Shown in pieces: positions 57,054-64,000 of a stretch of 64,000 bases of DNA. Both the position numbers and the translations under genes were made by a program. A model generated the notes under the pieces. It had not been told where the DNA came from. It ran no database searches and saw nothing but the letters and a program-made list of their open reading frames with translations. Positions within the stretch are counted from its first letter, which is position 1. The number at the start of each line of letters is the position of its first letter. The DNA comes from Eledone cirrhosa (lineage: Eukaryota), in NCBI GenBank assembly GCA_964016885.1, contig OZ024740.1:346394001-346458000 (forward strand), in the 5' to 3' direction.

Positions 57054-57339
57054 ATTAAAGGTGGAAAACTGGGAGAGGGCACTTGCCTTGGTGGTCAGTG
57101 TCACTGTGGCCTTTTACTGGGCTTTCTCCACAAATGTCCCTCCGAAGTCTCCCCCCTATTGGGGAATTTTTCATTCTTATTTTCATTGTTATTTTTGTTA
57201 CATCCTCTGTTTTTGTTTTTTACACGCAAAATATGCCCATTTGTACCGTCCTGCATTGTCCTGCACTGTCCTTAACGTCTACTTTATGTAAACCCTTGTG
57301 GTTAATAAAGAAATCATTATTATTATTATTGTTGTTATT

Positions 57340-60300
57340 CCTTGAATCTCAGTCATTGATGTTGGTTAACTGGTAAGTCCGTTGGAATGAATATCAAGCC
57401 ACTACCTGCAGCCTCAGATATTCAGGACGTATCGGAGGGTTCGTGCTGTTCCAAGCAAGCATGCCTTTTGAAGCGTTCCAAAAAGCGTGAAGGGGCCGAT
57501 TTTCTTTAACCATCCCTGGAAACTTTTGGAGATAGTCCCCAGTGCGCCTATGACAATCGGGATCACTTTGACTTCATGGCAGTTCCAAATCCTTTTCACC
57601 TCCCACTTTACGTCCTGGTATCGGTTAATTTTCTCCCTCTCCTTCTCTCTTGCACTCTCGTGTCGAACGGGCAGGCCACATCCACAATCAGACACGATAT
57701 TTTTTCTTTGTCCACAACCACCAGGTCAGGTCTATTGTGTTCCAGTTTTTTGTCCGTCTGTATCCTAAAATCCCACAGCACCTTCACCTGACTGTTCTCC
57801 ATCACCGCCTCCGGCCTATGCTCATACCATTTCTCAGAATGTGGTAAATTGTTTACTTTGCACAGGTGCCAGTGGATCACCCTGCCCATCACATCGTGTC
57901 TCCAGCCCTTATAGTGGGTCTGGGCTAGGTGTTTACACTCGGACACAATGTGAGCCACAGTCTCCTCTCTCTCTCCACAGATCCTGCACAGTGGGCTAGC
58001 CTCCTCCTTGTAAATATGGTGCTTCAACCACTTCGTTTTGAGGGCCTGCTCCTGCGCAGCCATTATCATTCCTTCTGTAGCCTTTTTGAGGTCTCCTCTT
58101 CTCAACCAGTTCCATGTCTGTGGATCTCTAAATTCAGTTTTCTCAAAGAAGGTACTATGAAGGGATTTTCCCTTAAGGCTGCTCTTCCTCCTTGATGTTA
58201 TTTCCTCCTTGGACATCCCCTGGCCTACTGTCCCCTCCTTCAGTACAGTTTTGAGCATTGGCTCCTTACTATAGGTCACGTATTTGTATAGGTTGTTTTT
58301 CTCCATCTGAACACAGTCCTCTATGCTGATAAGACCTCTTCCACCCTCAGATCTCCTTAGGTAGAGTCTATCGACATCACTCCTCTTGTGGAACATGTTG
58401 TAGATAGATAGTCAATAGCTTCCTAGTTTTCCTATCCATTTCTCTTTGTTCAGCAACATTCCATCTCAGAATTCCCGCACTGTACCTAATAATAGACACA
58501 GCTCGGGAATTTACTGCGCTTATGGCATTTCTGCTGTTCAGATGTGACTTCAATACGCTCCTTACTCTCCGAATGTATTCAGTTCTTAACAATTCCTTCA
58601 TTTTTTTGTTCTTTATGCCATCAGCCTCTAGAACGCCCAAATACTTGTATCCTTTCTCAGAGTCAATTTCCTTTATCATCTCACCTGTTGGTATCTGGAT
58701 CCCGCTACTTCTGCTCAACCTACCCCTCCTCATCACAATGACTCCACATTTACCAATACCAAACTGCATACATATATCACTGCTGAAAATACGGACAGTG
58801 TCAACAAGCACATCCAACTCCTTCTCACTTTTCCCGAAGAGCTTAAGATCGTCCATGAAGAGGAGGTGATTGATGGTAAGCTCTCCCCTTCCCAACTTGT
58901 ATCCTGCTCTCACTTTTCGCAGCATAATGGTCAAGGGCATTAGAGCAAGGACAAACAACAGAGAGGACAGGCTATCTCCCTGGAAGATACCTCTCTTGAT
59001 CTTCACGCTTCCCAAGGATACTCCAGTTGATGTCAACTCTGTCTCCCAGGACCCCATACTCCTGCCCAGCAACTGTCTGATGTTATCTGCCACCCTGAAG
59101 ATCTCCAGGCTTCTGGTGATCCAAGAATGAGGCACCATGTCAAATGCCTTTCTGTAGTCTATCCATCCCATGGCAAGATCAGTGTGTCTCCTCCTGCAAT
59201 TCCCCATTACCATCTTATCAATAAGTAACTGGTCCTTTGTACCACGTGACTTCTTTCGGCATCCTTTCTGTTCGTCCGGTAACAAGTTGTTTGTGTGGAG
59301 GTGATGGTAGATTTCCTCAGACACAATGCTCGTCAACAGTTTCCACATTACGGACAGACATGTGATAGGTCTATAGTTGGTAACATCATTACCCTTGATT
59401 CGGTCTTTCATTATCAGAACTGTGGTACATTTTGTCAACCACTCTGGCACCTCACCCGACACCAAGCAGTCATTGAACATGGCCGTCAGCTTCGGGTGGA
59501 GGGATGTTAAATGTTTAATCCTATACCCCTGCACACCATCTGGGCCTGGTGATTTCCAGTTGGTTAGCTTTTTGGACTGCCCCTTAAGAGTTTCAACTGT
59601 GATACTCAAATCAGTTTGTTGTTGTGCCTGCTCACCGATCTCCCTCTGTACTGTCTCAATCCACCCTGCCTGGGCATTATGTCTAACATCCTGCTCCCAT
59701 ATTCCTCTCCAGAATGTTTTAGTTTGTTCCGCCCCAGGGATCAAGTCGTTGCCTCTTTCTTTCCCCTCAAGCTGTCCAAACAGCATCTTCTGGTTGTTGT
59801 CGAACATGCGGTTCTGTTTATACTGACTGACTCTGTTCTCGTATCGCCTGATTTTTGCACTCTTTGCTACAATGCGTTGCTTCAATTCCTCTATGATAAT
59901 ACTTAGCTTTTTCCTCCTAGTTTTGTATTTTATTTCCAGTCTATTTTTAGTGTCTATGTTTTTTAGTGTCCCATTCAGTAGTGACTCAAGCTTTCCTATG
60001 TCATTTCTCATTTCCCCGATTTGCCCACTCAGTCGTTTCTTCCACCACGGCTCTGCTCTTTCTTGTCTGTTGTTTCCTCTCGCTTTTATACCAAGTAGTT
60101 TCCTCACCGTATTTGCTGTTGCTTTGAGGATATTGTTGCACTGGTGAAGGCTCCTCGCCTCAAGGTATGGGATGACTTTGTTTACCTTAGCTGTTGTTTC
60201 TTTTAACTTTTTCCTGTCTACAAATCTTAGGTTCATAGGTCTCCCACTATCATTGTTCAATTCATCTACCACTAAATTTAGGATGTCAACCGAATCTTGT

Positions 60301-61894
60301 CCTAGCCCGTCAGCATTCATCTCCTCAGTGGCCGTATCTCTGTTCCAGGTATTATTTATCTCAGTATTCAGATCATTGTCTGCTTCGGGTGGTTCCTCCG
60401 TTCTCAGGACCTCTTCACCTTCATTTCCCACTGGCTCGCTTGTCTGGCATACTACACCCGCCATCTCCAAGCCATTCTCTCTGCTCAGTTCCTCCAGTTC
60501 CAGCTCGCTTATCCACCCATTAGTTCTTATTACCCGAGCCTGCCCGGCCAATTTTTGTTCATCTAATTTAAATAAACCAATCTCGTTCCAGATGTTATGC
60601 ATCCGTCTCCTGTAGCCCCTCTCCTTGGGGTTACTTTTCAGGTAGCATTGCATAACAGTTCTATTCAATTCTTTCGTCCAGTTGGTTCTGGCCTCTTTCC
60701 TTCTTCTTCTTCCTCCAACATCAGCAGTATTTGGTTGACAGTCAGGTTCCTGCTGCTGAGCCAGGGGGCACCTGTTGGGTGAGAGTCTGTCACATGACGT
60801 TCTAGTCTCCATTTCACCGTTATTCGAACTGTTTATGTTCGATATTTAAACACTCTTATCGAGGATTGGCGAATGTATGGTTACATAGCCATCTGTGGAT
60901 CCGACATCCCACTTGGCCCTTGTGTGGCATTATCACCACGCTGTATACGAACACACATAAACAAACAAACACACAGGCAGAAAGGGCCCCAAAAATGAAT
61001 AAGCATAAGTTTCATTGTAATGTAGTGTTCGAATGTCTGACTTAGTTTTTGTTTTTTAAGTTTTAGTTTTTCCCCCCTCTTCTCTGTCCGTCCGCCTGCT
61101 TCTCTCTTCATTCTTATTTTCTTTACGTTTTTGGGGTTTCTTTTTTTGTTTTTGTTTTTCTCTGTTTGTTTTTCTCGTTTTTGCTGTTGTTGCTGTGTTG
61201 CTTTGGTTTTGTTGTTTGTTTTTTCTTTTTTCTTTTGAGTCTATCTATATATTTTGATGCCTTCCTCATTGTTAGTAGTAGGAATTCTATAATGTGGAAG
61301 TAGCAGCCAGCAGGGAGAAGTGGGAGACTGGCGGCGGTAGCGATACTGAGACAGTGGTGGTGGTGATGTCGATACCGAGGCAGTGGTGGCGGTGATGTGA
61401 CCGTATTACTGTAGTGATGGTGCTGTAGCGGTGGCAGCAGTGAAGGAGTGAAGGGGTGGTGGCGGCGGTGATGGGATAGTGGTGGTAATGATGGCCGTAG
61501 TGAGCGGTGGTGGTGAAGGTGAAAATGCCGTTATCTGGCTGTTGTGTTTAGTGTACACAGATGATGGGGTGGGTGGTGTATCTAGTTTCTGGTGTTGGTG
61601 AGTTTGGCTGTCCTATATAGTGTAGACAGAGGAGATGAGGGGGGGGGGGGTTCTTCTTCCATTTATAGCCATTTTCTTTTTTGGATATACAGTGTACAAT
61701 ACAAAGTTGAATATTTGAATATTTGAGCCTTATAACAATATATTTTGGGTCCGAATTTTTTGGGGCTCAAGCCGGGTGCTTTACGTAGCATTTGTACTAA
61801 GAGTTTTTATTTCACAAATGATTTAAATATGTTAAAAATTCAAAACTTACGGGAGCGATTTCATGACCTCCGTCACCTCGTGCGTCTTCTTCCC
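57340..61894 (-). mobile_element. Dong/R4 family A copy A3, full length, best preserved
   Basis: 5' terminus GGGAAGAAGACGCACG at 61894; bounded by (TAA)n. Confidence 0.96.
57414..60812 (-). pseudogene. Dong A3 ORF: Myb-like, RT (LFMDD), CCHC, RLE (RPD..D..K); two small frameshifts
   Basis: 811 aa + 262 aa + 93 aa fragments. Frameshifts are an ATAG duplication near 58405 and an extra CT near 57648, both in short repeats. Confidence 0.95.
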
Positions 61895-61895
61895 T

Positions 61896-61930
<35 letters not shown>

Positions 61931-61999
61931 GTTGTTGTTGTTGTTGTTGTTATTTTTGTTGTTGTTATCATCATCATCAACATCTTGGTTGTTGAGTCT

Positions 62000-63978
62000 T
62001 TCTAGACGTGTATACACATCGCTACGTCTGCTTTGTTTGTTTTAATTTGTTTGGAGTGTGATTTTAATAAAGTATATTGTAACAAACTGTTAATAAGCCA
62101 CGATACATTGCCCTCTGAAAAGATGAGCCTGTAGTATTTGGGCTTTTGGCACAAATATTTGAACTTTATGGGTTTTTTTCCGCCCACAGGCGTTAAAAAA
62201 GTGGCAGAGATACGCCCATCAATTTTGGGCCAGCTGTTACGTGACAATAACATCATCCCCAGCACCACAACCAATATAACAACTGTTACAACTACCTCCA
62301 CTATAGACAGCAAGACCACTGTCGACAACAACAACGACAGTGGCAACAACAGTAACAACAACATGCACAACAGTAGCAACAACTACTAGAGCAACAATGA
62401 CGGTAAAAACGACAGCAAGACAACAAGAATAATGACTAGAGCAACAACAGAAGCAGCAACAGCAACAATAGCAGCAACAACAATAACCGCAGCAGCAGAA
62501 ACAACGGCACAATCAACAACATCCTCAACGACAACAACCACAACAACAACAACACAATCGCCGACGACAACAGGAACAGTAACACAAGCACCAACAGCAA
62601 CAACAATAACAGCATTAGAAACAACTGTAAATTCAACATCAGAAACAACAAACACAACAAAATCCTATTCACCACTATGGCTGCGAAAACCACGGAATTA
62701 TTCCATATGGATTTGAGTAGGAGGGAAGAATGTTTGGTTCAGACAACCACATTTTTAAACGTGGACAATGTACAACAACAGCAATTTCCACACCGACAAC
62801 ATCAGCAGTAGCTACGACAAGACTAAGCCAACACATCAGCAACGGCAGGCACTGAAAAACCAACACAAATATCAAAACCTGCAAGAAATTTAAAGCCACC
62901 CAGTGGGTCTCACTATTTTAATCTCATTCTCCTTTTATTTAAAACACGCACACACGCAGTCCCTCACACACTGACGACCTCCATTTTAATGAAAGGATTC
63001 GTCTACAGAAACCTCTTCTTCTCGCAACGAGGAAAAGGTAAATTCCAAAAGGCCAGTAACACCCCACCCCCGCAAAAAAAAACAGGAAAAGAAACACAAA
63101 ACTATGCAGCAGCATTTCAACACACTAACCAAGGTAAACTCTAAAAAAAACGGAAAAAATCCAACATGTAAAAAAAAGACACTTTCACAACAACAGCAAC
63201 ACCACCAATAAGACACATTAACACCACTACCACCAGCAGCACGACAAAATAAACGAAAACACGGTTAAATACAGCAACCAGCAACTAGTTAGAAGGGCTA
63301 AAAAATAACTGCTGGCCCTCATAGCATGATGCAAAGAGAGAGAGAGTGAGAGGGGGGGGGGGGGGGGATTTGACACTGGAAACCTTAAATTGCTACAGAA
63401 CATCTCGAATTTGCGAATGTCACCAGGGTCGTATAGAAACATTGGGAAGAGCTATCCGCACGGCATGGTGACCCTAAATGTAAGATCCACCATCAAGCTT
63501 TTAAAGGGGCTCCCAAGGGAAACACCACCAACTATAGAGGTTGACCACGTGATCGCCAACAGTTATTTTTCACATGGGGTTATTCGTATCGCTTAGTCGG
63601 CCTGGCATCTTAGGTGCGGTGGCAGTGCTGCTTAGGATTTTTCTAGACCAGGATGGTAAGTTTTTGGTCCTCGACGGGGGTAACAGAAATGGTGTTGTCT
63701 TTATACTGGTGGCCGTCTGCGCTCCGATTGGGCTGAAGAGCTCGATTTCTTTAGGTGTATAGAAGCTTTGTTTACGAACGTATCACCGTTTCCTGTTAGT
63801 GGGGAACTGAAACAGCATCTTGAACGCACATTGTGATTGCGTGGGAGTGGCCGATAGAAACAGGGAGAGGGTGCAAAATCCTCAAGAACTCGATCAGTCA
63901 TTTCCAACTATCTGAGTTGTACCGACTAGATTTCAAGAATGCGCCAATGTGGACATTTATTATCTGCATGGTCGACCT
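62000..63978 (+). mobile_element. Decayed Tx1-like LINE copy 4 (5' part)
   Basis: Thr-rich ORF1-like region, then SRPGILGAVAVLLRIFLDQDGKFLVLD..LVAVCAP, homologous to the APE domain of copies 1-3; cut off by (GAA)n. Confidence 0.78.
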
Positions 63979-64000
63979 AGAAGAAGAAGAAGAAGAAGAA
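63979..64000. repeat. (GAA)n microsatellite
   Basis: Directly visible; runs off the window. Confidence 0.9.

Larger units (their letters stand above)
51602..57315 (+). mobile_element. Tx1/L1-clade LINE copy 3, full length with an internal deletion
   Basis: Paralogue of copy 2; AATAAA at 57304; (ATT)n tail. Confidence 0.95.

Noticed and set aside
26035-60615. Recurrent antisense ORFs within LINE copies
   Set aside because: They recur only because the elements are paralogous; shadows of the sense ORFs.
62237-62716. Mucin-like Thr-rich host gene
   Set aside because: ACA-rich low-complexity region of a decayed Tx1 ORF1, followed by APE remnants.
23031-63980. CRISPR-like, retron or other prokaryotic RT system
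   Set aside because: Spacers are simple microsatellites and the RTs are eukaryotic non-LTR types with APE or RLE domains.
23031-63980. Telomeric retrotransposon array
   Set aside because: No TTAGGG or TTAGG tracts, mixed orientation, and no evidence of a chromosome end.

Overview
AT-rich, microsatellite-dense animal DNA with no recognisable host gene. The repeat content (Dong/R4 LINEs, a tRNA-derived SINE, Penelope relics, long TA/CA tracts) suggests a cephalopod such as Octopus; that is inference only. Positions 1-23,000 hold microsatellites, old LINE relics, two SINEs, an older minus-strand Tx1-like LINE, two fold-back palindromes and a minimal hammerhead ribozyme. Positions 23,031-63,980 are a continuous ~41 kb array of ten non-LTR retrotransposons joined only by short (TTA)n spacers. 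All six Dong/R4-type copies (RT plus restriction-like endonuclease) are on the minus strand, and all four Tx1/L1-type copies (APE endonuclease plus RT) are on the plus strand. Observations within the array: (1) a strand-specific A-to-G excess in one Dong copy, resembling fixed ADAR editing; (2) 5' modules swapped between families; (3) a splice donor overlapping the Tx1 ORF1 stop codon, with a candidate acceptor in the 3'UTR; (4) structured RNA leaders. Outside the array, the SINE 3' tail resembles the Tx1 tail. All alignments were done by eye, and boundaries of decayed elements are approximate.
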